Of a stretch of DNA of 64,000 nt, positions 8,549 through 18,352 are shown piece by piece. Origin of the DNA: Chlamydiae bacterium RIFCSPLOWO2_12_FULL_45_20. Its GTDB lineage: Bacteria > Chlamydiota > Chlamydiia > Chlamydiales > SM23-39. The notes below the pieces were generated by a model. It did not search any database and had not been told where the DNA came from. It saw nothing but the letters and a program-made list of their open reading frames with translations. The stretch lies in contig MGMD01000002.1 in the NCBI GenBank assembly GCA_001796285.1, positions 5,929 to 69,928 of the forward strand, written 5' to 3'. Position numbers and translations under genes: made by a program. Within the stretch, counting starts at the first letter, position 1. Every line of letters starts with the position of its first letter.

Positions 8549-10302
8549 CAGTATGCCTGTCCTATCGATGCATAAAGTCTGTATCTATGGTCAACGCCTT
8601 TTCTTCTGTCTAGAGGAAAGCCTACATCAAAACGAATCGGACCAAAGAAAGTAAAATAACGTAATCCGATGCCGAGCGACTTAAACCACTTGGCATCTAC
8701 CGTCGGAAGTTCACGAAAAGTAACCGTGCCAAAGTCTGCAAAAGGGACAAGACCGAAATTGCCGATTCGAAAACGGGTTTCCACGCTTAAAAAAATCGCG
8801 GATCTCCCCCCAAAGGGCCTTTTTTTTGCGTCTAAAGGACTCACCGTTAAGTAACGGTAGCCGCGTAAATCATCTTCAGATCCCCCTAAAAATAAGACGG
8901 GAATCGGAATGTTTTTTTGCCGAGTGCCTGCCACTGAGCCTAGCTGCACCCTCCCAGCAAAAGTAAAGTACTTTTGAACAATAGGAATATAAAATGTCGT
9001 CGTGATCCGCTGTTTGATAAATTGCTGTGAGCTTTGATAGAGCGATTGAAAAAAATGCGGCTGATACACAAGGGTGTATCCCCTCGTTGGATTTAATGGG
9101 TCATCTGCTTGGTTGTATTTGAAAATCATAGGGAGGTCAAAGAAAAGATAGGAACGGTTATTAGCGCTATTGGTTACATTAAAGTGCTCTACTTGCATTC
9201 CCACGGAAAGGTAGCTTTTCGCATCGACTTTATAATCAAAAAAATTAGCCCCTCGGTATAAAATCGAATGATAGGCATAGATGTCTTGTCTTTCAATTTG
9301 CCCAAGAGCGCGGTATGTCTGATCTATCGCCAAGACATCAGGTTTTTTATACACCAGAGTACCGGCTAGATACCGCTTTGACGCCTCCATGTTGATTTGG
9401 ATGCTCTCGCCCATGCCCCGCAAATTTCGGTGAGACCAATTAAATACTCCTCCAGGGCCATCGACCGTTGCATAAAAGGGGCCAAAACTCACTTGCCGGT
9501 GTTTGGCTTCGCTTAAGTGCATTTTTATGGGTAGGCCCCCCTGTTCGTCAAGGGTCTCTTTGTGGGAAATCAAGACAGAGCTAAAAAGATCACTATCTAA
9601 CAGTCTTTTTTGCGTGTTTTTCACATCGATTGTTCTATACAGCTCCCCTTCTTGCCAGGCTACCCGGTCTAAAATAAATGCTGGCTTGACCTTTTTAAGA
9701 CCAAAAATGGACAGCGGCCCAAATTTCGAAAGAGGGCCTTCATCGATACAGCTTGCCGCTTCGACCTTTTTTTCTTGCATATCGACGATTACTTTTCTTT
9801 TTTCTACGTTTGCTAGTGGATAACCGCATTCAGCAAGAGAAGTTAAAAGATTGAGTTCTGCATTGACGATACTGACGGAAAGAGCTGGGCTTCCGATCGG
9901 AAGGCCCAGCGACGCGGGCGTTAATGGGCTGCAGCAGGGGAGTGCTAATGGAGTCTCACATTGCTCTTTGTGATAGACTTCATAGGAGGCGATGGTGTAT
10001 TGGGGACCAGGCCGGATGTACAGAGTGACTTGTGCGAAGTGTTCCTTCCAATCCACGGTATAAGAGATTTTCCCGTCGTAATATCCGTAGGCGCGTAGCA
10101 CTTTTAAAAGGGCTGGAAGATCTCCCTGGACTCGATACCGAATGCCATTGAGAGAAGCGGGGGGCCTATCTTGCAAAATGACTAAATCAGAGGCGTCCAG
10201 CATAGACTTAATCGCTTGTACATTGTCTAGCCCCACAAAATCGACGCGGTAATCGAGACCGTATAGGATAACAGGTAGGAAGAAAATCCACCGAAACTGC
10301 AT
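8548..10302 (-). CDS. tamA: Omp85-family outer-membrane beta-barrel (TamA-like)
   Basis: The 584-aa ORF has a signal peptide, POTRA-like N-terminal repeats, a C-terminal D15/surface-antigen barrel (..LRGYRY.., ..GIGLRYFTFFGPIRFDVGFPL..) and an aromatic terminus ..SIGQAY. It is translationally coupled to tamB. Confidence 0.75.
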   Translation of the reverse strand: MQFRWIFFLPVILYGLDYRVDFVGLDNVQAIKSMLDASDLVILQDRPPASLNGIRYRVQGDLPALLKVLRAYGYYDGKISYTVDWKEHFAQVTLYIRPGPQYTIASYEVYHKEQCETPLALPCCSPLTPASLGLPIGSPALSVSIVNAELNLLTSLAECGYPLANVEKRKVIVDMQEKKVEAASCIDEGPLSKFGPLSIFGLKKVKPAFILDRVAWQEGELYRTIDVKNTQKRLLDSDLFSSVLISHKETLDEQGGLPIKMHLSEAKHRQVSFGPFYATVDGPGGVFNWSHRNLRGMGESIQINMEASKRYLAGTLVYKKPDVLAIDQTYRALGQIERQDIYAYHSILYRGANFFDYKVDAKSYLSVGMQVEHFNVTNSANNRSYLFFDLPMIFKYNQADDPLNPTRGYTLVYQPHFFQSLYQSSQQFIKQRITTTFYIPIVQKYFTFAGRVQLGSVAGTRQKNIPIPVLFLGGSEDDLRGYRYLTVSPLDAKKRPFGGRSAIFLSVETRFRIGNFGLVPFADFGTVTFRELPTVDAKWFKSLGIGLRYFTFFGPIRFDVGFPLDRRKGVDHRYRLYASIGQAY

Positions 10303-10350
10303 ACTTTCGGATCATGCCGAAAGATAAAGAGTTCGTCAAAAAAAATCTTT

Positions 10351-11661
10351 TTGTTAAAATATCCATATCTCGAGAGAATTAGTGTGAAATCGCGACTCAT
10401 TTATCAAAGCTCTTGTCAAGTGATGCCGGGCGGGGTCAGTTCTCCTATCCGCTCTTTTTCCCATGTCAAAACTCCCCCTATCATTGCACATCACGGGAAA
10501 GGCGACATGCTGACAGATGTGGATGGGAAATCTTACATTGATTTTTGCATGAGCTGGGGAGCTCTTATTTTAGGGCATGCACACGAGCGCGTCGTGAAGG
10601 CCGCCTGTGAAGAAATTCAGCTCGGATCCTCTTTTGGATTATCTACAGAAGGCGAAGAGAAGCTCGCTACAAAAATTGTGGAGCTTCTTCCCAGTGTTGA
10701 AAAGATCAGGTTTGTCAGTTCTGGCACGGAAGCTACGATGACGGCCATTCGGCTGGCCCGCGGATTTACAGAGCGGCCTAAAATCGTAAAGTTTACAGGA
10801 CATTACCACGGCCACAGCGATTCTTTGTTAGTACAGGCAGGGTCGGGTGTTTTTAGTGTGAACTCCACAGCTACGTCGAAAGGGGTAAATCTTTCGACGG
10901 TTGGGGACACGATCTGTCTTGCCTTTAATGATTTTGATGCAGTTAGCGCTCTTTTTGAAGAAAGAGAGGACATCGCTGCTGTGATTGTGGAACCGATTGC
11001 GGCTAACATGGGAGTGATTGCGCCCGAAGCGGGTTTTTTGGAGTTTCTCAGGGAATGTACGAGAGCTAGAGGGACTCTTTTGATCTTTGACGAAGTAATT
11101 ACGGGCTTTCGGACGTCCCTTTCGGGGGCTCAGGGGAGGTTTGCTATAGATCCCGATTTGACGTGCCTCGGAAAAATCATTGGAGGGGGATTTTCTGTGG
11201 GCGCTCTGGGAGGCAAAGCGGAAATCATGGATCACCTTGCGCCTTTAGGAGACGTCTATCAAGCGGGCACTCTTTCGGGCAACCCAGTGACCATGCGGGC
11301 AGGCATAGAAACTCTTTTAACACTGGAAGGAGCTGGATTTTATGAAACCCTAGAGAAAAAAGCACAACGTTTCGCTAAGCCCGTGGAAAATGCTATTCAA
11401 ACATGTGGCTACAATGTAGTTTTCCAGAGGATAGGGTCCATGTTTACTCTTTTTTTTGGAATCCAAGAGGCATGTTCTCGGGAAGATTTAAAGAATTTAG
11501 ACCAGAAGATGTTTGCCCGGTTTTTTCACTTTTTGAGAGAACGTGGAGTCTATTTTTCTCCCTCTCCGTACGAAGCTTGCTTTCTTTCGTCAGCTCATTC
11601 GGATGAGCATCTGGATTTCACTGCTGAAGCAATCTTGCGATTTTTTGAGGAGTTTTTATGA
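10351..11661 (+). CDS. hemL: Glutamate-1-semialdehyde 2,1-aminomutase
   Basis: Motifs are PGGVSSPIRSF, class III aminotransferase features and the PLP lysine region LTCLGKIIGGG. A more likely start is the GTG at 10384. Confidence 0.93.
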   Translation: MLKYPYLERISVKSRLIYQSSCQVMPGGVSSPIRSFSHVKTPPIIAHHGKGDMLTDVDGKSYIDFCMSWGALILGHAHERVVKAACEEIQLGSSFGLSTEGEEKLATKIVELLPSVEKIRFVSSGTEATMTAIRLARGFTERPKIVKFTGHYHGHSDSLLVQAGSGVFSVNSTATSKGVNLSTVGDTICLAFNDFDAVSALFEEREDIAAVIVEPIAANMGVIAPEAGFLEFLRECTRARGTLLIFDEVITGFRTSLSGAQGRFAIDPDLTCLGKIIGGGFSVGALGGKAEIMDHLAPLGDVYQAGTLSGNPVTMRAGIETLLTLEGAGFYETLEKKAQRFAKPVENAIQTCGYNVVFQRIGSMFTLFFGIQEACSREDLKNLDQKMFARFFHFLRERGVYFSPSPYEACFLSSAHSDEHLDFTAEAILRFFEEFL

Positions 11662-11670
11662 CGACTGAGA

Positions 11671-12039
11671 TCACTCTGGACAGGTTGTATGCACTTCCAT
11701 CGGAGATTCGCCGAGGCATTGCACTTCTAAATGCGACTCTGCTACTAGGATTTTTTTATTGTCAACGCGAATTAAGTAAAGCATAGTTTTTGTGCTGATC
11801 ATTCTTTTTTCTAAAATTTGGATAGAGGAGTTTAAGGTTCCCCTTTGCAAACGGTTTTGCAAAAATTTTCTGATGAACCAATAAGTAAGGAGCAGTAAAA
11901 CGACTAAAGAGGCCAAGGTCAAAAACATTTTGGCAAAGGCAGCTCCCAATTCACCAGCGGGCATGGTTTGGGCCGCAAGATTCATGGTAGCATCTACAGC
12001 AGCTAATTCACCACTTTCATTTGGAAGGGACTGAGACAT
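11671..12039 (-). CDS. FliO-like single-pass membrane protein (orphan)
   Basis: A TM helix LTLASLVVLLLLTYWFIRKF is followed by ..IQILEKRMISTKTMLYLIRVDNKKILVAESHLEVQCL. This matches the FliO pattern of TM, then a short linker, then the I-x-V-x-E..L....L.LV.V.....LLG motif. The start is taken at MSQSLPNES. Confidence 0.45.
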   Translation of the reverse strand: MSQSLPNESGELAAVDATMNLAAQTMPAGELGAAFAKMFLTLASLVVLLLLTYWFIRKFLQNRLQRGTLNSSIQILEKRMISTKTMLYLIRVDNKKILVAESHLEVQCLGESPMEVHTTCPE

Positions 12040-12128
12040 ACCAACACTATGGAAAATCACACCATTTTCTAGCAAAAGAAAAAGCCCCCGCAAGAGAAAT
12101 CTTTTGCAGGGGGTCTTATCATTTGGTG

Positions 12129-12611
12129 TTAGTTTACTTTGTCTGGATCAGTAGCGGATTGAGTAGTGGGAGGAGTAGTTACTGGCTTCTCCACTGGCGG
12201 AGTAGTTGCCTGAGGTGCCTGAGCTACATCTGCCTTCTTCTCAGCTGGTGTATTTACTGGGACTACAGGCTCTACGGGCGATTGACACATTCCTTTTAAG
12301 TAGCCGAATACAGAGCCGACCACTGCCATAGGAAGCAAGATCACTGAAGCAAAAAACAGTGTCACAGCTTTTACAATTTTCATGACTGTTCCGTCCGCAT
12401 CTTTGCCTGTTGTTGCAATGCGGAATATTTTGCCTAAGCCGCTGTTTTCCGTAATGAAGTCAGTGTATCTGTTGTGCAGTGACGAGAAACCCCAACCAGT
12501 TGTTGCTGCTGCTGGTATTGCTGCTGGTGGTATTACTGCTACTGGTGCTACTGCTACTGGTGCTACTGCTACTGGTGCTACTGCTACTGGTGCTACTGCT
12601 GCTATTGACAT
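12129..12611 (-). CDS. Repeat-containing membrane protein: (APVAV)n N-terminus, one hydrophobic domain, Pro/Thr-rich tail
   Basis: A GAGAGG Shine-Dalgarno lies 7 nt upstream of the ATG. The N-terminus is MSIAAVAPVAVAPVAVAPVAVAPVAVIPPAAIPAA, the hydrophobic stretch is VTLFFASVILLPMAVVGSVFGYL and the tail is PVEKPVTTPPTTQ. Confidence 0.6.
   Translation of the reverse strand: MSIAAVAPVAVAPVAVAPVAVAPVAVIPPAAIPAAATTGWGFSSLHNRYTDFITENSGLGKIFRIATTGKDADGTVMKIVKAVTLFFASVILLPMAVVGSVFGYLKGMCQSPVEPVVPVNTPAEKKADVAQAPQATTPPVEKPVTTPPTTQSATDPDKVN
12535..12600. repeat. Perfect 15-bp tandem repeat (ACTGCTACTGGTGCT x4 plus a partial unit), in-frame within the CDS
   Basis: Read directly from the sequence. Units lie at 12535, 12550, 12565 and 12580. 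Confidence 0.95.
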
Positions 12612-12867
12612 ATTGTACCTCTCAAATTTGTCTCCGATTTTAAACGCTTTCGGAGATCAGGTTTATAAAAGCTTAACGAAAGTTTCACAAACTTATATCC
12701 TAGTCTGAAAATTTAAGCAAGCAAAAAATAATAAATTCTTTACTTGTCCTTAACTTACCTTATACAGGCAGGAAGCCTTCTGGACTGGAGAAAGGGGCAA
12801 GGTCATGGGTAGTATTGTCATGAAGAGAGCTTTCTCTATATACACAAATTTGTATATACTACACTGT

Positions 12868-13704
12868 ATGGAAAAAAAAGGTTGGATTGCACTCGATATT
12901 GATGGAACCATCACTTTAGATAAGTATTCTGTGCCCCAAGAAGTGACGCAGTATTTGAGAAAGAAAGTCCAAGAAGGCTGGAGCCTTTTAATGACAACGG
13001 GGCGCCCTTACACTTTTGCATCCATGGCGCTTTCTCAGTTTGATTTCCCCTACTTTTTCTCCCTTCAAAATGGCTCGCTTGTCATGACAATGCCAAGCAA
13101 AAAAGTGCTGTTGAAACGAGATATCCCCGATCACGCTATTGCGTTTGTTGAACAGGCCTATCATGGGATTCCAAGCGATTTTGTCATCTATGCGGGCTAC
13201 GAGTTAGGGGATTTTTGTTACTGGCGTCCCCGAAGATTTTCTCCGGAGGAACTGCACTATTTAGAGGATGTACAAAAAAGGCAGAAGGAAAGTTGGAAAG
13301 CGGTTGATGTTTTTGAACAGTTAGCGCCAGGACACTTTCCTTTGATCAAATGTTTTGGGAATGAACCTCGAATGAAGCAGGTCAAAAAAAAGCTAGAGGA
13401 GACGGGAAAATTTCAACTTGCAAAAATCAGAGACCCATTTGTAGAAGGGTGTGTTATTCTTCTTGTGACCGACGAAAAGGCCTCCAAGGGCAATGCGTTT
13501 ATAGAGGTGTTAAAGAAAATGGGTAGAGAGGGCGTCATTATTGCGGCAGGAGATGATGAAAATGACATCAGTCTCTTAAATGTGGCTGATGTAAAAATCG
13601 CAATGCACCACGCTCCCGAGAGCTTACAGAGGGTTGCGAGCTTCATCGCTCCCCCTACCAGGGATCTGGGGATTATTCAGGCTTTGGAAATAGTTACCCG
13701 CTAG
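12868..13704 (+). CDS. HAD-superfamily hydrolase, Cof-type (IIB)
   Basis: Motifs are [10 protein letters not shown] (motif I), MTTGRP and [12 protein letters not shown] (motif IV). The start is taken at MEKKGW; the ORF is open from 12805. Confidence 0.8.
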   Translation: MEKKGWIALDIDGTITLDKYSVPQEVTQYLRKKVQEGWSLLMTTGRPYTFASMALSQFDFPYFFSLQNGSLVMTMPSKKVLLKRDIPDHAIAFVEQAYHGIPSDFVIYAGYELGDFCYWRPRRFSPEELHYLEDVQKRQKESWKAVDVFEQLAPGHFPLIKCFGNEPRMKQVKKKLEETGKFQLAKIRDPFVEGCVILLVTDEKASKGNAFIEVLKKMGREGVIIAAGDDENDISLLNVADVKIAMHHAPESLQRVASFIAPPTRDLGIIQALEIVTR

Positions 13705-14602
13705 CTGCTTCTGTCTTTTTTAGAGCGAGGCTGTCGACGGCCATTCCCATGACATGCATGCCATTATCTACATAAAGGACTGTGCCTGTGATTGCTGAAG
13801 CTTTTGAAGAGAGAAGAAAGGCTGCTGCAGCTCCTACTTCTTCAGCTTCTAGGTCTTTTGTTAGCGGAGCATTGGCCTTTGCATAGGCAATCATCGCATC
13901 GATCATGCCTATGGCCCGCGCAGCACGGCTACGCAAAGGGCCTGCAGAAATGGCATTTACGCGAAGGTTCCATTTTCTTCCTGCCTCCCAGGCTAAGGTT
14001 CGAGTATCGCTTTCTAGGGCTGCTTTCGCAGAGCTCATTCCGCCACCGTAACTAGGGATCGCCCGTTCTGATGCGATGTACGTTAGGCAAAGCGCGGCCC
14101 CCCCTTCATTCATGATTGGCCCAAAATGGGCAAGTAGGCTGATGAACGAGTAGGCAGAGGAGCTTACTGCCGATAAATAACCCTTTCTAGAAGTGTCGAG
14201 AAGATCTTTTGTCACTTCAGGGCCGTTAGCTAAACTATGGACGAGGATATCGATGGACCCATAGTCGGCTGCCACAGCTTTGGCTACATCGGAGATTGTA
14301 AACCCATCCAGCCCTTGATAGCGCTTATTTTCTTTCACTTCTTGAGGGACGTCATCCATTTTGTCAAAGATTGCATCGATAGGGTAGATTTTGGAAATTT
14401 CGAACAGCTGGCCACTTTTTAGTTTGCGCGACTCATCAAATTTCCCGCTCGACCATGAGGTTTTGAAGATTTTGAGCACAGGAGCCCAGGTGCCTACGAA
14501 AATTTCCGCCCCCGCTTCAGCTAGCTCTTTTGCAATGGCCCAGCCAAAGCCTTGGTCGTCGCCAACTCCCGCTATGAACGCTTTTTTCCCTCTAAGATCC
14601 AT
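13694..14602 (-). CDS. fabI: Enoyl-[acyl-carrier-protein] reductase (NADH), plant/chlamydial type
   Basis: The N-terminus is [34 protein letters not shown], with a catalytic region ..[17 protein letters not shown].. and ..[10 protein letters not shown]. Confidence 0.9.
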   Translation of the reverse strand: MDLRGKKAFIAGVGDDQGFGWAIAKELAEAGAEIFVGTWAPVLKIFKTSWSSGKFDESRKLKSGQLFEISKIYPIDAIFDKMDDVPQEVKENKRYQGLDGFTISDVAKAVAADYGSIDILVHSLANGPEVTKDLLDTSRKGYLSAVSSSAYSFISLLAHFGPIMNEGGAALCLTYIASERAIPSYGGGMSSAKAALESDTRTLAWEAGRKWNLRVNAISAGPLRSRAARAIGMIDAMIAYAKANAPLTKDLEAEEVGAAAAFLLSSKASAITGTVLYVDNGMHVMGMAVDSLALKKTEAASG

Positions 14603-14727
14603 CGATCTTCCTTTCGTTATTCTGGCGTATAGGATAGCAGAATCTTACGATCGAGAGAAGGGGAATCATTTTTTACTTGCTACTGAGTGCAAAAAAATTT
14701 ATATGTGTGTACACAGAGGTATTTCTT

Positions 14728-15498
14728 ATGCGCACCATTGCAATCGTCAATCAAAAAGGTGGATCGGGCAAGACGACTACAGCAGTCAATTTAGCTGCAG
14801 CTTTGGCCGAAGCCAAAAAAAAAGTGTTGTTAATAGATCTTGATCCTCAGGCATCCGCTTCTCTTTGGTATGGATTTAAAGATAAGGGGAAAGGGCTTTA
14901 TAACGTTCTGACTCAAGACGAGAAATTGGAAAACGTTATAGAAAAGACCAAGGTTGACGATCTCCATATTATCCCATCTTCCGTTTTACTCTCCGGGGTG
15001 GAGAAGGCTCTTGCCGGAGAGATGGCTGCGGAAAGTATTTTAAAAAACAAATTAGAGGTACTGGCCAGCAAGCCTTGGGACTTTGTATTGCTGGATTGCC
15101 CGCCTACATTAGGCGTTTTATCCTTGAATGCTTTAACGCTTGCAAAAGAGGTCCTCGTTCCTGTCGAAGCGCATGTTATGGCTTTGCATGGGCTTGTTCA
15201 GCTGCTTCGAACGATTAACCTTGTGAAAGAGAGATTAAATCCTTTTTTAGAAATCACAGGGATTCTCGCTTGCCGTGTGGACTATCGAACCAAACACTCC
15301 TCAGAGGTACTGGGTCAGTTGCGCGCCCGTTTCGAAGGGAAAGTGTGTACCTCTGTCATCCGAGAAAACATTCGGCTAGCTGAGGCTCCTCTCCATCTGA
15401 TGCCAATCACAACTTATGATCCCACTTGTAATGGGGCTAGTGACTATCGGAAACTGGCTCAAGAGCTCATGGGAGAAACGATGCCAAACACAGCCTGA
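14728..15498 (+). CDS. ParA/Soj-family P-loop ATPase (no parB adjacent)
   Basis: [28 protein letters not shown] is a deviant Walker A, followed by [12 protein letters not shown]. The start is taken at the ATG preceded by GAGG. Confidence 0.85.
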   Translation: MRTIAIVNQKGGSGKTTTAVNLAAALAEAKKKVLLIDLDPQASASLWYGFKDKGKGLYNVLTQDEKLENVIEKTKVDDLHIIPSSVLLSGVEKALAGEMAAESILKNKLEVLASKPWDFVLLDCPPTLGVLSLNALTLAKEVLVPVEAHVMALHGLVQLLRTINLVKERLNPFLEITGILACRVDYRTKHSSEVLGQLRARFEGKVCTSVIRENIRLAEAPLHLMPITTYDPTCNGASDYRKLAQELMGETMPNTA

Positions 15499-15661
15499 GA
15501 AACAGGGAGGTTACGCAAGTCTATTTTTTGCCCCCTTCACTCCCGGCTTCAGGATAGGAAGAGAGCGTCTTCTCCATCCTTCAGCAGTCAAGACTCGAGG
15601 CAAAGGAATCTCTTGTAAGGATTTTTTCGTTTTTCTGTCTGATTTTTCTTTTGATTCTTTT

Positions 15662-16075
15662 TTAAAAAATGTCATTGCTGTCACTAAAAACCGACAACGT
15701 CCTTAAAAGAGGGCCCAGGACAATAGTCCCTTCCGTAAAGTGAATTACGATTGCACTTTGCTGGTGAGTGAGACGCTTCCATTGCACGTGAAAATCACTC
15801 AATGCATCGTCGGCTGCCTTTGAGAAATGATCGGACACCTTGGAAAGGTCATATGCTACCAGGCACATAAATCCAGAAAAAATCAAAGTAAAAACGGATG
15901 GAATTACAGTAAAAAGTATCACACTAGCTGACGCCGCAACCATGGAGGCTATTTTAAGACAGGCGGCCAACTTCCTCGTCTCTGTTCTTTTTTTTATTTG
16001 CTCAGGGGTTGATAAAGTGTTTCGAACAACACTCGCCGCAAATGAGATTGCTTTGTTTAGATTGTTTAGAGCCAT
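15662..16075 (-). CDS. Small membrane protein with a bilobed hydrophobic domain (Inc-like candidate)
   Basis: The 137-aa ORF has an ~40-aa hydrophobic block LKIASMVAASASVILFTVIPSVFTLIFSGFMCLVAY flanked by polar sequence. I recognise no homologue. Confidence 0.45.
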   Translation of the reverse strand: MALNNLNKAISFAASVVRNTLSTPEQIKKRTETRKLAACLKIASMVAASASVILFTVIPSVFTLIFSGFMCLVAYDLSKVSDHFSKAADDALSDFHVQWKRLTHQQSAIVIHFTEGTIVLGPLLRTLSVFSDSNDIF

Positions 16076-16190
16076 CCAACACCTCAGGATTATGAAGGCT
16101 CCGAGGCTATCACGTGACTTTACAAAGAGTCAATTCAAAAAATATATTCCTGAAAAAAGAAATTGCTTTGAGGACATGGGTTAAGGCAGA

Positions 16191-16598
16191 ATGTTTGCTA
16201 TGAAAGTGCGATATCTAGGAGATTTTCAGACGGAGTGTACTCACGAGTCGGGAGCGAGAATTGTAACACACGCGCCGAAGGATGTCCAGGGCGGGGGAGG
16301 GGCTTTTTCACCTACAGATCTCATGGCTGTCAGTGTCGGTGCTTGTATGCTTACGCTCATAAGCATGATGGGAAAAAAACTAGGGATAGAGCTTAAAGGA
16401 ATGACGGCAGAGGTAGAAAAACACATGGTTCTTCAACCGAAGCGAAAAATTAGCAAAATGATCCTTCGCATCCGCAGTTCCTATTCCCCTTCGAAAGAGG
16501 AACAGGAAAAATTGGAAAAAGCGGCCTTAGATTGTCCCGTTCATTTAAGTCTGCATCCAGATATTCAGGTTGAGCTAGACTTTGTTTGGGGACTATGA
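16191..16598 (+). CDS. OsmC/Ohr-family peroxiredoxin-like protein
   Basis: The ~135-aa ORF carries GGGGAFSPTDLMAVSVGACMLT and ..ALDCPVHLSL (paired Cys regions typical of OsmC). Confidence 0.7.
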   Translation: MFAMKVRYLGDFQTECTHESGARIVTHAPKDVQGGGGAFSPTDLMAVSVGACMLTLISMMGKKLGIELKGMTAEVEKHMVLQPKRKISKMILRIRSSYSPSKEEQEKLEKAALDCPVHLSLHPDIQVELDFVWGL

Positions 16599-17566
16599 AA
16601 TACCAGAATTTTCTCTCTTTCCAAAAGCACTTGAAAGAGGCAGCTCCGGATCGTTTGTGTCCGATCTATCTCGTTGCGGTTGTTGATGATTTTGAAAGAG
16701 CTCAAGCGATGGATGAAATCCTCCAGTATTTCTCCTCTCCACCAGATCGCTACGGTGCCGGTCATTGTACCTTGCCCAATCTTATGCAAGCAATAGAGAC
16801 AAAAAGCCTATTTGGAGAGACGGTTATTGTTTTGGATGAAGTGGAGGCGCTCTCAAAAAAAGAGCAAGAACAGCTCATGGGTCCATTGAGACATCCAGCT
16901 GGCTACGTGGTGTTAGGGGCTCGGTCGAAAGTACCTGAGCTAGCCTCTTTTGTAGAGAGTCAAGGGGTCATTTTTGATCAACTCTCTGAAAAACCGTGGG
17001 ATAAAGAAAAAAGGCTTGTCTTGGCTCTTGTGGAAAAGGCCAGGAGGGTAGGCAAAGTGTTGGCCCCAGAGGTTGCTCACTTTTTACTGGAAAGACTCGG
17101 ACCAGAGCCGGCTCTTTTAATGAGTGAAATAGAGAAACTGCTTTGCTTTGTTGGAGAAAACACTGCAATCCGGAGGGAAGATATTTTAGAACTGTCCCCC
17201 GTGAGTCGCACCTCTACTTTTTGGCAGGTTGCAGAAAAAGTCATTTGGGAAAGAGGGGATTTTGCTTTTTTTGACTCCCTTTCTTTCCACGCTTTATTAC
17301 CCATTCTGCGTAACCAGCTTCAATTAGGACTCACCCTCTCTTCACTGATCGAAGACAACACTCCGGCGGATCAGTGGGGCGCCTATTTACCCCATTTATT
17401 TCCTAAGATTTTAGAGAAAAGAAGCTCCCAGGCAGCGCGCTTGGGATCGGGTTATTTCCAAAAAGGGCTTCACTCCCTTTTTGAAATGGAGCTTTCTTCG
17501 CGCACGAATTCGACCCAGTATCAGGCTCTTCTCGATCAATTTACAGCAAAGCTTTATGGGTGGTAA
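16595..17566 (+). CDS. holA: DNA polymerase III delta subunit
   Basis: The size (~323 aa) and the PIYLVAVVDDFE..., LFGETVIVLDEVEAL and C-terminal helical pattern fit HolA. An ATGA start/stop overlap links it to the upstream gene. Confidence 0.7.
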   Translation: MKYQNFLSFQKHLKEAAPDRLCPIYLVAVVDDFERAQAMDEILQYFSSPPDRYGAGHCTLPNLMQAIETKSLFGETVIVLDEVEALSKKEQEQLMGPLRHPAGYVVLGARSKVPELASFVESQGVIFDQLSEKPWDKEKRLVLALVEKARRVGKVLAPEVAHFLLERLGPEPALLMSEIEKLLCFVGENTAIRREDILELSPVSRTSTFWQVAEKVIWERGDFAFFDSLSFHALLPILRNQLQLGLTLSSLIEDNTPADQWGAYLPHLFPKILEKRSSQAARLGSGYFQKGLHSLFEMELSSRTNSTQYQALLDQFTAKLYGW

Positions 17567-18245
17567 ACTGTATTTACTTCCTAATCTTCTCGACGACTCT
17601 TTGTCCATCGAGCCATTTCTTCCAATTAGTGTGAACCAAGCTGTACGGGAGATTCATGGATTAATCGCTGAAAGTGAAAAGCAGGCGCGTCGTTATCTTC
17701 GTAAATTTTTAACGCGTGACGAAATGTCTCAAGTGCCTCTCAAAATCCTCAATGAACATACGCAAGATTTACAAGAGTGTATCGAGCCCCTAAAAAAAGG
17801 GGAAACGTGGGGTTTAATTTCTGATGCAGGTCTTCCTTGTATTGCGGATCCCGGGGCCAATCTCGTGTGGCTTGCACACCAAAATCAGATAGAACTGAAA
17901 ACGTTTGTTGGCCCATCTTCGATTATTATGGCGCTACAACTTTCAGGTTTCAGCGGTCAGGTCTTTTCTTTTCATGGTTATTTGCCGAGGGATGTAGATT
18001 CCCTTGTCTCTTTTCTTTTACATTTAGAAAAAAAGGAGGGCAGCCATATTTGGATTGAAGCCCCTTACCGCTCTCAAAAAATGCTTGACCTCATTAAAAA
18101 AACGCTGCACCCCTCGACAAGACTTTCTCTTGCAGTCAACCTAACAACAGATAGGCAAAGAGTTGTATCTCAGACGATTGAAAGATGGAAAAAAGATCCC
18201 TTTTCAATAGATAAAGAACCAGCGGTGTTTATTATAGTCGCTTAA
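17556..18245 (+). CDS. SAM-dependent methyltransferase of the tetrapyrrole-methylase (RsmI-like) superfamily
   Basis: Motifs are GKLYLLPNLL, LISDAGLPCIADPGANLV and FVGPSSIIMALQLSGF. The start overlaps the holA end. Confidence 0.75.
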   Translation: MGGKLYLLPNLLDDSLSIEPFLPISVNQAVREIHGLIAESEKQARRYLRKFLTRDEMSQVPLKILNEHTQDLQECIEPLKKGETWGLISDAGLPCIADPGANLVWLAHQNQIELKTFVGPSSIIMALQLSGFSGQVFSFHGYLPRDVDSLVSFLLHLEKKEGSHIWIEAPYRSQKMLDLIKKTLHPSTRLSLAVNLTTDRQRVVSQTIERWKKDPFSIDKEPAVFIIVA

Positions 18246-18352
18246 AATTTATCAAGAAAAATTTAAACGCCTATATCTCTTCTAGAGAAATTTAGGCTTG
18301 ACTGTCATTGCTCGAATCTTTCATACGAAGAATATTAGACTGGAGGTTCGAC

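Noticed and set aside
10803-11235. Minus-strand ORFs of 68 and 135 aa inside hemL
   Set aside because: They are antisense shadows of a well-conserved gene, with Arg/Ser-rich nonsense-like composition.
11671-12039. Flagellar or type III secretion gene cluster
   Set aside because: Only the single FliO-like ORF is present. The neighbouring genes are hemL and a repeat protein, so no cluster can be claimed from this window.
12535-12600. Possible CRISPR-like array
   Set aside because: The units are contiguous 15-bp repeats with no spacers and lie in-frame inside a CDS. No cas genes are present in the window.
12382-12708. Plus-strand 108-aa ORF across the 15-bp repeat, translating as (TGATA)n
   Set aside because: The minus-strand ORF has a good Shine-Dalgarno (GAGAGG), a TM domain and a coherent Pro/Thr tail. 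The plus-strand ORF has none of these, and I take it to be the mirror of the repeat.
14391-14843. 150-aa plus-strand ORF spanning the fabI 5' end and the parA upstream region
   Set aside because: It is mostly antisense to fabI. It runs in a different frame from the ParA ORF, which has a clear Walker A motif.
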